A stretch of 32,000 nucleotides of DNA from Horticoccus luteus (GTDB lineage Bacteria > Verrucomicrobiota > Verrucomicrobiia > Opitutales > Opitutaceae). Under the pieces are notes generated by a model that had not been told where the DNA came from, made no database searches, and worked only from the letters and a program-made list of their open reading frames with translations. The translations under genes and the position numbers were made by a program. The stretch covers positions 1,650,001-1,682,000 of the forward strand of contig NZ_CP080507.1 of the NCBI RefSeq assembly GCF_019464535.1, given 5' to 3'. Of the stretch, positions 24,658 to 32,000 are shown one piece after another (position 1 is the stretch's first letter; each line of letters opens with the position of its first letter).

Positions 24658-25892
24658 GCGAGCTGCTCCGAGGGCGCCGGGTGTTCGGCGGCGGCGATGA
24701 CTTGCGCCAGGGCGGCGGCGAATTTTTCGGGATCGACAAAGAGATCCCGCGATCGGGCGGAAATATCGGGCAGGCCCGGCCGGACCTGGCCCTCGCCGAG
24801 GATGATCGTATGCGCCAGGCCGCGGCGGGCGGAGATCATCCAATGGTAGGTTGCGAGCCAGCCGGCGGGGGCGATTTCGAGCACCTGGGTGGGCGGCGCG
24901 CAGAAAACCAGATTGGCAAAGGCGGCTCCGGCGGGACCGGCGACTATCTCCGCCTCCGCGAAAAGCCGGGCCTGCGCGGCGACCGAAAGGCCGGCGAGCG
25001 AAACGATTTCAAAACCGTGGGCCAGGAGAAGCGGATGTAGTTGGCGCTCGTTGAGGAGGCGGCGGATGCGCGCATCAGCGCGCGAGAGGAACAGGCGGCG
25101 TTTGTGCGCGCGCGGGCGTGCGGCGCCGAGAAAAGTCTGCCGCAAAAACGCGGCGTCGGCGGAGGGAATGCACTGGTTGTGATGTTTGAGCGAAGGAACG
25201 ACGAGCGTGTCGCAACGCACATGGGTGCCGGGCGTCACGGCGACGATGGCATCGCTGCGGATGCCGAGGGCGAGCAGGGTCTCGCGTTGATACTCGCGGT
25301 CGCGGTGGTTGACGACCACGCGGTCAAACGCGGCGGGATCGAAGCCGGCGCGGCGGATGAGGCCGATGCGGGGCAGCAAATCAATCAGCCAATGATGATA
25401 GTTGTCCGTCGCTTCGGGTGTGACGAGGTAGAGCGTGCGTCCCGCCCAATGAGTGGGGCGCGGGAGAAACGGCCGTGTCCAGACCGCGTGCAAGCGCGGG
25501 CCGCAAGGGTCGTGGGATGCGGCGGCCACAAACTCTCCGGCTGAGGTGAAGATGGCGCCGGTGTCGTGGCCCCACAGCGCAGCGTCGGAAAACTCCATCA
25601 CATAGGAGGCGTTGCAGTGAGCGGCGGTGCGCGCGGAAAAAAAGCGGGCGGCGGTGGAGTCGTAAGGAAGGGCCGGGAGCGGGCGGACGAACGTGGTCGG
25701 TGGGTCGAGACGGATCAGGCGGCCGGGCCAAGAGTCGGGACTGGCCGTGAGCGGATCGAAGATGCGGTTGACGGGAAGATGCAGGGCGCGGCGCAGCGGC
25801 GGCAGGGCGCGCGGGAGGGCGAGGAGGCGCACCTGCACGTGGCGGCTGTAGAACCACGCGGATTTGGCGAGTTGGCGGAGCGAGAGCGGCAC
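24654..25892 (-). CDS. Glycosyltransferase family 61 / DUF563-like (412 aa, GTG start)
   Basis: TDNYHHWLIDLLPRIGLI matches the (N/D)-Y-(Y/H)-H-W-L...LPR motif of DUF563/GT61. C-part RRLFLSRADARIRRLLNERQL.PLLLAHGFEIVSLAGLSVAAQARLFAEAEIVAGPAGAAFANLVFC is the usual GT61 layout. The start codon at 25890-25892 is GTG. Confidence 0.75.
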   Translation of the reverse strand: MPLSLRQLAKSAWFYSRHVQVRLLALPRALPPLRRALHLPVNRIFDPLTASPDSWPGRLIRLDPPTTFVRPLPALPYDSTAARFFSARTAAHCNASYVMEFSDAALWGHDTGAIFTSAGEFVAAASHDPCGPRLHAVWTRPFLPRPTHWAGRTLYLVTPEATDNYHHWLIDLLPRIGLIRRAGFDPAAFDRVVVNHRDREYQRETLLALGIRSDAIVAVTPGTHVRCDTLVVPSLKHHNQCIPSADAAFLRQTFLGAARPRAHKRRLFLSRADARIRRLLNERQLHPLLLAHGFEIVSLAGLSVAAQARLFAEAEIVAGPAGAAFANLVFCAPPTQVLEIAPAGWLATYHWMISARRGLAHTIILGEGQVRPGLPDISARSRDLFVDPEKFAAALAQVIAAAEHPAPSEQLA

Positions 25893-25898
25893 GGCGGG

Positions 25899-26876
25899 TC
25901 AGCTCCGGCGATAGACGCGGCCGAGAAGGGAGCCGGCGGCGGCGCTGGTGCGCAGCGTGGAGAGGCGCACGGGGGAAAAGATTTTTAACGGCGTGGAGGC
26001 GTGCTGAAGAAACGCCTTGTGCGCGGCGCCGGGCGGACGACCGCGGAGGGCGTGGAGGAAATATTTCCCGCGCCACGGCTTGGCGGGTCCGATGGCGTGC
26101 GAGAGCAGATAGCCACCGGGCGCGAAATCCATGCACTCGGGACCAGCGCCGTTGATTTTCATCGTGGAGACCATCAGCGCCATGTTGAGCGCATCTTGAT
26201 CGGCGGAATGGACGAGGCTGTTGGGCGTGCCGGTTTTCAGACTGCCGAGGCTGCCGAGGTATTTTTCGACGCAGTGAATGACGCGTTGCCAGACGTTGAG
26301 GAAATCGGCGTCGGCGCGAGGGAGGCCGATGAAACCGGCGTTGTAATAGCGATCGAGGGGGCGTTGCGCCGCCAAGTTGTGCGCGGCGAGGAAGTCGGTC
26401 CAGGCGAGGCGATACGGATGCCGCGCGGGAAGGTAGGCGTTCACGTCTTCGCAGACGGCGATGCCGTCGTGGGCCCAGCGATCGAGCACGGTCCAAGGTG
26501 CTTTAACAACGAGGTCGGGGTCGCAGTAGTAAAGCTGCGTGGCGGCGGCCGCGTGTTGCTCCCAGCACAGGCGGAGGAATTCTGGTTTGTAGTAAGTGAG
26601 GTGGTGGGTCGAGGTCACGGGCACGAACGCGACTTCGAGGGCGGAATCGAGACGGCGGGCGGACTCGGCCCACGGTGGCGGGGGGCCCCGATGCCCGCAG
26701 ATCACGCGGCCGGCAAATCCGGAGGCATGCAGGGAATTGATCAGCGCACCGGCGCCGAGGTGATAATCGCCCTCGAAGAGCGTGCACACCGCCGCGGTTT
26801 TGGCGGGGGCCGTCGGCGAGAGCGGCGACGGGACGAGCGTGGACGGAGATGGTGAAGGTGAGGCGACCATGGACAT
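25899..26876 (-). CDS. GT8-like (GT-A) glycosyltransferase (325 aa)
   Basis: AAVCTLFEGDYHLGAGALINSL, a DxD in LYYCDPDLVV, YYNAGFIGL, SADQDALNMAL and LSHAIGPAKPW parallel the GT8 motifs (N.G..., DQD.LN, H..G..KPW). Paralogue of the partial gene at 31405-32000. Confidence 0.7.
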   Translation of the reverse strand: MSMVASPSPSPSTLVPSPLSPTAPAKTAAVCTLFEGDYHLGAGALINSLHASGFAGRVICGHRGPPPPWAESARRLDSALEVAFVPVTSTHHLTYYKPEFLRLCWEQHAAAATQLYYCDPDLVVKAPWTVLDRWAHDGIAVCEDVNAYLPARHPYRLAWTDFLAAHNLAAQRPLDRYYNAGFIGLPRADADFLNVWQRVIHCVEKYLGSLGSLKTGTPNSLVHSADQDALNMALMVSTMKINGAGPECMDFAPGGYLLSHAIGPAKPWRGKYFLHALRGRPPGAAHKAFLQHASTPLKIFSPVRLSTLRTSAAAGSLLGRVYRRS

Positions 26877-26879
26877 GGT

Positions 26880-27614
26880 TTAGCAGCGACGGCGATCCCA
26901 CGTGATGTGTTCCCGCAAGAGTCGCGCCGGCGTTCCGCCGACGAGCGTGTGGGCGGCGACGTCGCGCAAAACCAGACTGCGCGCGGCCACGACGGCGCCG
27001 TCGCCGATGTGCACGCCTTTGAGGATCTGACTGTTGATGCCGAGCCAGACGTGATCGCCGATGACGACGTCGGCGGCGGGGTTCAGCCGCTCGCCGTCAA
27101 TCGTGGAGAGCAGGGAATGTCCGTCGCTGTTGCGCACGTCGGTGCCGTAGGCGATCATGCAGTCGGATCCGATGTGCAGCGCGCGGCCCTCGTTGGCGAC
27201 GAGCACCGGTTGCGTCATGGTCGTGCCGTCGCCGATGGTGAGCGCGGTGCCTTGATCCTCGACCACGAGATTCACGCCGCGAATCCGGCAGTGTGCGCCG
27301 ATACGGCAGACGAGATTCTCACCCGTGAGGCGGATGCGCGCATCCCACAAACGGGCGCCGGGAGCGATTTCCACGCGGTTGTGGCGTCCGGAAACCGTGA
27401 TGGTGCAGCGGTCGAGAAGCGCATCGTGGAAAATCAATTGGTGCGCGGTGCCGGTGCACGATACGCGGGTGCCGCGGAGGTGGCGGTAAAGTCGTGCGCG
27501 AAGGCGGCGCAGCAGGGAAGGGCGGACGGTGCGGACGACCGCGGGGGACGCGCGGCGCGCATCGGTGGCATCCAGCGAGCGGACCACGGCCGGCGATGCA
27601 GGCGGGCAACTCAC
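26880..27614 (-). CDS. Hexapeptide-repeat (LbH) sugar O-acyltransferase (244 aa, GTG start)
   Basis: IGSDCMIAYGTDVRNSDGHSLL...VVIGDHVWLGINSQILKGVHIGDGAVVAARSLVLRDVAAHTLVGGTPARLL. GTG 27612-27614 overlaps the upstream TGA (GTGA at 27611-27614). Confidence 0.8.
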   Translation of the reverse strand: MSCPPASPAVVRSLDATDARRASPAVVRTVRPSLLRRLRARLYRHLRGTRVSCTGTAHQLIFHDALLDRCTITVSGRHNRVEIAPGARLWDARIRLTGENLVCRIGAHCRIRGVNLVVEDQGTALTIGDGTTMTQPVLVANEGRALHIGSDCMIAYGTDVRNSDGHSLLSTIDGERLNPAADVVIGDHVWLGINSQILKGVHIGDGAVVAARSLVLRDVAAHTLVGGTPARLLREHITWDRRRC

Positions 27615-28909
27615 AGGCCAACCTCCGCCGGCTCGGCGAGGCGCTGGCCGGAATTGAGCGCGTGAAGATTTTCGAGATAGAGGCTGGCGAAGCGGCTCGC
27701 ACCCAACGGCGCGCTGCCGGACATCTGCGCGAGGTAGCCGCCCCAGAGTGTGCTGCCTTCAAGCAAGACGAGGCCGAGGTTCGAATGCGCGATGTCCCAG
27801 CCGATGAAAGGAAACTCGGCGAACTCTTCATGGGCGCGCAGCGCCAGCGCGCGAATCTCCGGCCATGCGTCGACGATGAAGCCCTCGATGGGCTGGCCGG
27901 TCATCGGGTGCAGGTCGAGCCGGCCGACGCCGGGGTCCTTGGCTTCGGCGGCGGCGAGTTTGCCGGAGACCAAGTCGACGGCGGTGCACAGCGTGACGTT
28001 TTGTTCCGCGCAGGTGAGTTCGCTGCGAATTGGGAAACGCAGCGCGGCCATGATGACTTCGAATCCGCCGATGGCGTTGCGAGCGGTGACCACGCGAAAG
28101 TTGCAGAGGGCTCCCGTGGAAAAGCGCGCGAGGCTCTCGTGGTTACGGAGCCACGGCTGCACAATGAGCGTCTGGCCGGCGGAGGTCGCGCTCAGTTCCC
28201 CCGCGAGTTCCTCGCGAGTGTAAACATTGCCCGATTCGACACAGGTGTAGCGGTTGTGGTCATAGCGAAAGCCGCGCAGGCCCGAGCCGCTGTAGCCTGA
28301 GGTGGGTTTGACGATGAGGTCCTGCTCCCAATCGACAAAGAGCGCGGACGCGGGGGGAGTTTCCTGCCGGCCGTGATCGAAAATTGCGAGGAGCGGGACA
28401 AGCGGCAGGCCCGCCGGGGAAGCGGCGAGATGGAAGGCGAGCTTGTCCTCGATGCGCTCGGTGGAGTTGGTCGTGATCGTGCGCTGCAAGTGATGCAATT
28501 CGGCAGGATCGAGGTATTGCGCGAGGCGGCGGCCTGGTTGGGACTGGAGGCGCAGATAATAGTAAACTTGGGGGCGCAGCGCGTGGCGCCAGGCAAGATG
28601 CACGAGTTGAAAGAACTGACGCCGGAGGGGAATGCTATAAGCGAAGCGGAGGCGCGGGCCGTGCAGGCGCATGGCCTTGACGATATGCACGAGGGAAAGC
28701 GGGAAATATAACAGCGCGGCGGCCCAGCGCTCCCAACTGCGGACGTTGACGAAGTGGTTTTGCTCGATGAGGCAGGCGAGGCGGCGCAGATACGCAGCGT
28801 TGGTGCGGGCATAGCGCCAGGCGAACCACGGCGCGGCGACGCGGCAGCGGTCGTAGGCGACCAAACGCAGGACGGGATAACTCCAGATGTTGCGGCGGGG
28901 TGATTTCAT
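27611..28909 (-). CDS. ATP-grasp-like protein, sugar-transfer-associated type, copy A (432 aa); E-x-N motif reads E-G-S
   Basis: Start set at ATG 28907-28909 (MKSPRRNIWSYPVLRLVAYDRCRV), overlapping the upstream TGA (ATGA). Motifs: LIVKPTSGYSGSGLRGF, LIVQPWL, NFRVVTARN, LHPMTGQPIEG, PFIGWDIAHSNLGLVLLEGSTLWGG. Paralogue of the next gene. Confidence 0.6.
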   Translation of the reverse strand: MKSPRRNIWSYPVLRLVAYDRCRVAAPWFAWRYARTNAAYLRRLACLIEQNHFVNVRSWERWAAALLYFPLSLVHIVKAMRLHGPRLRFAYSIPLRRQFFQLVHLAWRHALRPQVYYYLRLQSQPGRRLAQYLDPAELHHLQRTITTNSTERIEDKLAFHLAASPAGLPLVPLLAIFDHGRQETPPASALFVDWEQDLIVKPTSGYSGSGLRGFRYDHNRYTCVESGNVYTREELAGELSATSAGQTLIVQPWLRNHESLARFSTGALCNFRVVTARNAIGGFEVIMAALRFPIRSELTCAEQNVTLCTAVDLVSGKLAAAEAKDPGVGRLDLHPMTGQPIEGFIVDAWPEIRALALRAHEEFAEFPFIGWDIAHSNLGLVLLEGSTLWGGYLAQMSGSAPLGASRFASLYLENLHALNSGQRLAEPAEVGL

Positions 28910-30228
28910 GAGCGGGAATTTTGGGCGGTCCACGCCCAGTAGATTTCCGGGAAGGCGGTGTGTCCAAGCGGGACGGCACCGGGAAGTTGGGCGGCGTCGG
29001 CTCCCCAGAACGCGTTGGCTTCGAGCAAGTGCAGCCCGGCGGAAGTCTCGACCACATCCCAGCCAATGAACGGCATCCAAGGCAGCGTGCGATGAGCGCG
29101 CAGCGTGAGTTCCGCCATGGCAGCCCAGCCTGGCAGCACGCGGCCGGTGATGCAGGCGCCGGTATCGGGATGGACGTCGAACGAGCCCTTGGTGATCTCG
29201 CGAAACACGCCGGGACCGAGAGTGCCAGTAGCGACGTCGACCGCGGACAGCAAGACGTGGCGGTCGTGACCGAACGTCGTGTGGCTCGAAGGCAACCGCA
29301 GGAAGGAGGAGATGAGTTGCGGTTCTCCATCGGGGAAACGGCCGGTGACAATGCGCAGATTGCAGAGGTCGCGATCGCCGTAGTCGGCCCACACCCCGCC
29401 GTTGACGAGTCGGGGTTGCAGAATGTAGCCGGTGCCGAGCGAGCGTTGCCGCAGATATTCAAGGAGCGCGGCGGAGTCGAGAACACCGGCTTCGCTGTGA
29501 TAGGCGTGGCGCTGGGCATCGTAGCGGAAGGCGAGCGTGCCGACGCTGCCGTAATCGGCGATGGGCTTTGCGAATAGGTCCTGCGCCGGCAGCCGGTCGC
29601 CGGTGTCGGCCGGCGAATCACAGCGTTCGCCGTGGCGCCATGCGGCGAGCACGGGCGGAGTTGGAAGACCGGTGGCGAGGCAATGCTGATAAAAGGCGAA
29701 CTTGTCCGCGATACGGTGCACGGGCAGGGCGCGATTCAAGTCGGTGACGAGGTCGTTGACCTGACGATGTTCAAGATTGGCGAGCCACGCCGAGCGGTTC
29801 GGCAGGAGAAAAAGTTTCCGCCAATAGTAGTGCCGCGGAAAGGTGTTGTGACGCCAGACGCCATAGCAGAGGTCGGCGAACTGGTGACGGGCGCTGATGC
29901 CGTGGGTGCGGCGCACGTGCGCCGAATAGCGGCGATGAAAGCGCAGGGCGGCGAGCAGGCCGATCGCAAGCCAGAGAGCGGCAGCGACGCTGCGGTGGAA
30001 ACGAGAGGCCGGGCGAGGCGCATCGGTTTCCAATTCCAGCAGTCGCTGGTGAAGGCGGCTCAGCGGATCGGTGCGCGGCAGGAAATCGAAAGAGCGCAGA
30101 GGAATCCGGCAATGGTCGAACGCCACGAGGCGTCGGGTGAGCGGGAGTGATCGAGGCGGACGCATGGTGAGGGCGGCGGGAGCGAGCGAGCCGGGAGCGA
30201 AAAGGGAAACCATGCCGGAGAGGGCCAT
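28906..30228 (-). CDS. ATP-grasp-like protein, sugar-transfer-associated type, copy B (440 aa; alternative ATG 30165)
   Basis: Motifs: LFAKPIADYGSVGTLAF, YILQPRL, NLRIVTGRF, VHPDTGACITG, PFIGWDVVETSAGLHLLEANAFWGAD (E-x-N retained). Alignment with copy A suggests the start may be MRPPRSLPLTRRLVAFDHCRI at 30165. Confidence 0.6.
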   Translation of the reverse strand: MALSGMVSLFAPGSLAPAALTMRPPRSLPLTRRLVAFDHCRIPLRSFDFLPRTDPLSRLHQRLLELETDAPRPASRFHRSVAAALWLAIGLLAALRFHRRYSAHVRRTHGISARHQFADLCYGVWRHNTFPRHYYWRKLFLLPNRSAWLANLEHRQVNDLVTDLNRALPVHRIADKFAFYQHCLATGLPTPPVLAAWRHGERCDSPADTGDRLPAQDLFAKPIADYGSVGTLAFRYDAQRHAYHSEAGVLDSAALLEYLRQRSLGTGYILQPRLVNGGVWADYGDRDLCNLRIVTGRFPDGEPQLISSFLRLPSSHTTFGHDRHVLLSAVDVATGTLGPGVFREITKGSFDVHPDTGACITGRVLPGWAAMAELTLRAHRTLPWMPFIGWDVVETSAGLHLLEANAFWGADAAQLPGAVPLGHTAFPEIYWAWTAQNSRS

Positions 30229-30246
30229 GCGAAGAGTTGCGCCGTT

Positions 30247-31398
30247 TCAGGCCGCGGAGGCGGGCGCGTGGACCGGATCGCCGAGCGCGGCGAGAAACGC
30301 GTCGACAACATGCGGCAAGCGCGGGGCAGGGGCGTGACGATGATCAAGCCACGTGGAGAATTCGGAGGGCGCGAAACCCTTCAGCGGGCGGAGCAACGGA
30401 CTCCAACTGGCGGTCGATGCAGCGTCGCCGCGCAGCCGCCATTCGTCGCGGGGCACGAGCACAGGCAAACCATGCTCGAGCATGGCGACCGTTGAGCCGC
30501 TCTTTTCGACGAGCGCCCACGGGTGAGAGGAAAGACCGAAGTCGGCGGATTGCAGGATTTGAGAAATTCGCGTGGGGCTGGCGGCACCGAGCGTGAGCAC
30601 CGGAATATCGCGAAACTCTGCGCGCACGGGTGCGAGGATGGCGTCCTGCTGCGGTCCACCGTGGCCGAGGGTTACCAGGCTGATCGAGCGATGAGTGTCG
30701 GCGGCCGCGGCGCGGAGGAAAGAGAACGTTTCGCGGGCGCGCCACTGCGCGTGGAGCGTGCCGAACATGACGCCAATCGTCCGCGGGGCTGGCGAAAGGC
30801 GGGGGGCGAGCTCGGCAAGCGGCGAGGGTGCCGCGGGCGGCGCGATGGGGATGTTGCCGAACAGCGGAAGCACTTGCGCGGGCCACTGGCAGCGCCGGAG
30901 AACGCGTTGATACGTTTCGTTGGAGGTGTGGACGCGCTGGGGAGCGAGGCGGCGCAAAAAGGCGAGCAGGCGGTGGCGCTGCCACGCACCGACGAGTCGA
31001 GTGCGAACGCTTTCGCCGGCAGGGAGTCCGAGCCAGAGTTCGTGCAACATGGCGTGCGTCTGCCAACCACCGGAGAGCGCAGCCAGAGGCGCGGCGGCGG
31101 CGGGCATGAGGCCCTTCGGATCGAACCCGTAGGCGACAATTTGCCAGCTCACCCAATCGGGAGCGAAGTCGCGGAGGGCGGAGGCGAGAGCGGCGATGCG
31201 GTTGGGCCACGGCTCGGTGCTGGCGAACCGCACGCAACCGTCGTCGTCTTCAATCGAAGTCGCGAGATGGCGGTCGTTGATCGCGAAGAGCCGGCACTCG
31301 TGTCCGCGTTCCGCGCAGGCGGCGGCGAGTTGGCGAGTGTAGTCGCCGACGCCGTCGCGGCCGGGTTGAAGCGAAGTGCAGATGAAGGCGATTCTCAT
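30247..31398 (-). CDS. GT-B fold glycosyltransferase, non-canonical GT1/GT4-like (383 aa)
   Basis: MRIAFICTSLQPGRDGVGDYTRQLAAACAERGHECRLF is a typical GT-B N-terminal beta-alpha unit. The C-part LSSHPWALVEKSGSTVAMLEHGLPVLV resembles the E..G....E..G.PV segment, but with E-x9-E spacing. Confidence 0.7.
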   Translation of the reverse strand: MRIAFICTSLQPGRDGVGDYTRQLAAACAERGHECRLFAINDRHLATSIEDDDGCVRFASTEPWPNRIAALASALRDFAPDWVSWQIVAYGFDPKGLMPAAAAPLAALSGGWQTHAMLHELWLGLPAGESVRTRLVGAWQRHRLLAFLRRLAPQRVHTSNETYQRVLRRCQWPAQVLPLFGNIPIAPPAAPSPLAELAPRLSPAPRTIGVMFGTLHAQWRARETFSFLRAAAADTHRSISLVTLGHGGPQQDAILAPVRAEFRDIPVLTLGAASPTRISQILQSADFGLSSHPWALVEKSGSTVAMLEHGLPVLVPRDEWRLRGDAASTASWSPLLRPLKGFAPSEFSTWLDHRHAPAPRLPHVVDAFLAALGDPVHAPASAA

Positions 31399-31404
31399 GA
31401 CGCG

Positions 31405-32000
31405 TCAGGCCTCGGGCCGGTGGTAGAACCGGGAGAGAAAGGCAGCGAGGCGGATGCAGGTTTGTTGTTGCCGCGCCCGGCGGTGCGTAAAAACGGGGAG
31501 CGGACCTTCCACATAGCGCCAGAACCAGCGGTCCGGACGAGTGGGGGGGCGACCGCGGAAGAAGTCGCGGAGGTAATGGCGGCGCCACGGCTTGGGTTTG
31601 TCGACGGCGTGGCTCATGATGGGCCGACCGGCGCTGGGCACAAAGTCCATGCCGTTGGGGCCATAGACCGCCACGGGATGTGGCGTCACCATGGCGGCGA
31701 GATTGAGCGTATCCTGATTGGCACTCCAGAAGCGGTGCGTGCGATCGAGCGAGCGCCACCCGGCCAAGCTGCCGCTCTCGGGCTCCACGGCGCGAATCAG
31801 ATCGCACCAGGTGCGGAGGAAACTCGCATGGGCGCGTTGCACGCCGAGAAAGCCGCTGTTGCAGAAGCGCGAGAGGTCGCGCGTGACGGTCAGGTGGTTG
31901 TCGTGAGCGAATTGTTTCCAGGCGTGGCGCAGCGGGTGGTCGACACCGACGTGGTAGTGGTTGTCCTCGGTCAGCGCCACGCCGTAGCCGACCCACTCGA
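31405..32000 (-). CDS. GT8-like glycosyltransferase, paralogue of 25899-26876; 5' end lies beyond the window (partial)
   Basis: FCNSGFLGV, SANQDTLNLAAMV and MSHAVDKPKPWRRHYL align with YYNAGFIGL, SADQDALNMALMV and LSHAIGPAKPWRGKYF of the paralogue. The frame stays open upstream of the track start (31980 is an internal GTG; preceding codons read ...EWVGYG), matching ...RWAHDGIAV of the paralogue. Confidence 0.7.
   Translation of the reverse strand, partial: EWVGYGVALTEDNHYHVGVDHPLRHAWKQFAHDNHLTVTRDLSRFCNSGFLGVQRAHASFLRTWCDLIRAVEPESGSLAGWRSLDRTHRFWSANQDTLNLAAMVTPHPVAVYGPNGMDFVPSAGRPIMSHAVDKPKPWRRHYLRDFFRGRPPTRPDRWFWRYVEGPLPVFTHRRARQQQTCIRLAAFLSRFYHRPEA

Noticed and set aside
23639-24843. N-terminal extensions of the two GT4 ORFs (23639-23887 and 24658-24843)
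   Set aside because: The extensions overlap the upstream genes and are Arg/Pro-rich. Internal starts at ATG 23638 and GTG 24657 produce canonical GT4 N-termini (MILLSHPTGN..., (V/M)KILFVSYTF...) and 4-nt coupling overlaps.
28910-29392. 161-codon extension of ATP-grasp copy A into copy B; similar short extensions at 4559-4636 and 22387-22467
   Set aside because: Same logic as above. The extension overlaps the upstream paralogue out of frame. Paralogue alignment and the ATGA overlap support ATG 28909. A signal peptide supports 4558, and a 4-nt gap supports 22386.
13537-31996. Other long overlapping ORFs: 13537-14697(-), 18567-19802(+), 21059-22315(-), 21205-22455(+), 22370-23689(+), 24103-24849(+), 25381-26496(-), 26001-26855(+), 26907-27665(+), 27494-28300(+), 28635-29621(-), 30344-31237(-), 31250-31996(-)
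   Set aside because: Each overlaps, in another frame or on the other strand, a gene with clear family motifs. Their products are Arg/Pro/Gly/Ala-rich with no motifs. These are shadow ORFs.
1-32000. Visual search for CRISPR repeats, tRNA/rRNA-like sequence, IS elements, integrases, toxin-antitoxin or defence-type gene sets
   Set aside because: Nothing resembling these was seen. Every sizeable ORF with coding-like composition is accounted for by envelope or polysaccharide functions.

Overview
By eye this is a high-GC (roughly two-thirds G+C) Gram-negative chromosomal segment. Almost all of it is a cell-surface polysaccharide / PEP-CTERM-exosortase locus. I recognised no rRNA, tRNA, CRISPR array, transposase or integrase. 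Layout: (i) 284-4558(-) encodes a 1424-aa secreted protein with a signal peptide, two N-terminal modules, five Calx-beta-like repeats and a ~580-aa unassigned C-terminal domain. (ii) 4906-10428(+) is a three-gene exosortase module: a WcaI-like GT4, an exosortase fused to an EpsI-like domain, and an ATGA-coupled 863-aa membrane-anchored TPR protein. (iii) 10592-11491(-) is a GT2. (iv) 11578-13181(-) holds two tandem PEP-CTERM paralogues, each with its own intrinsic terminator. (v) 13348-15936(+) encodes an 862-aa secreted protein with an Fn3-like C-terminus. (vi) 15937 to beyond 32000(-) is an uninterrupted array of 15 tightly packed or overlapping genes: 6 GT-B/GT4, a GT61 (DUF563), 2 GT8-like, a Wzy/O-antigen-ligase-like membrane protein, 2 hexapeptide acyltransferases, a putative pyruvyl transferase and a tandem pair of ATP-grasp-like paralogues. 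The items most worth follow-up are the ATP-grasp pair (one copy has lost the E-x-N Asn) coupled to an acyltransferase, the PEP-CTERM cargo pair with a conserved N-half and divergent C-half, the unassigned C-terminal domain of the giant protein, and the acidic tail on the Wzy-like protein. All functional calls come from motif recognition by eye, not from database searches. Many long ORFs in the six-frame track are antisense shadow ORFs typical of high-GC DNA and were rejected. Several track ORFs were shortened at the N-terminus to starts that give ATGA/GTGA coupling. Taxonomic guess, at low confidence: Verrucomicrobiota (Opitutaceae-like) or a similar PEP-CTERM-rich lineage.
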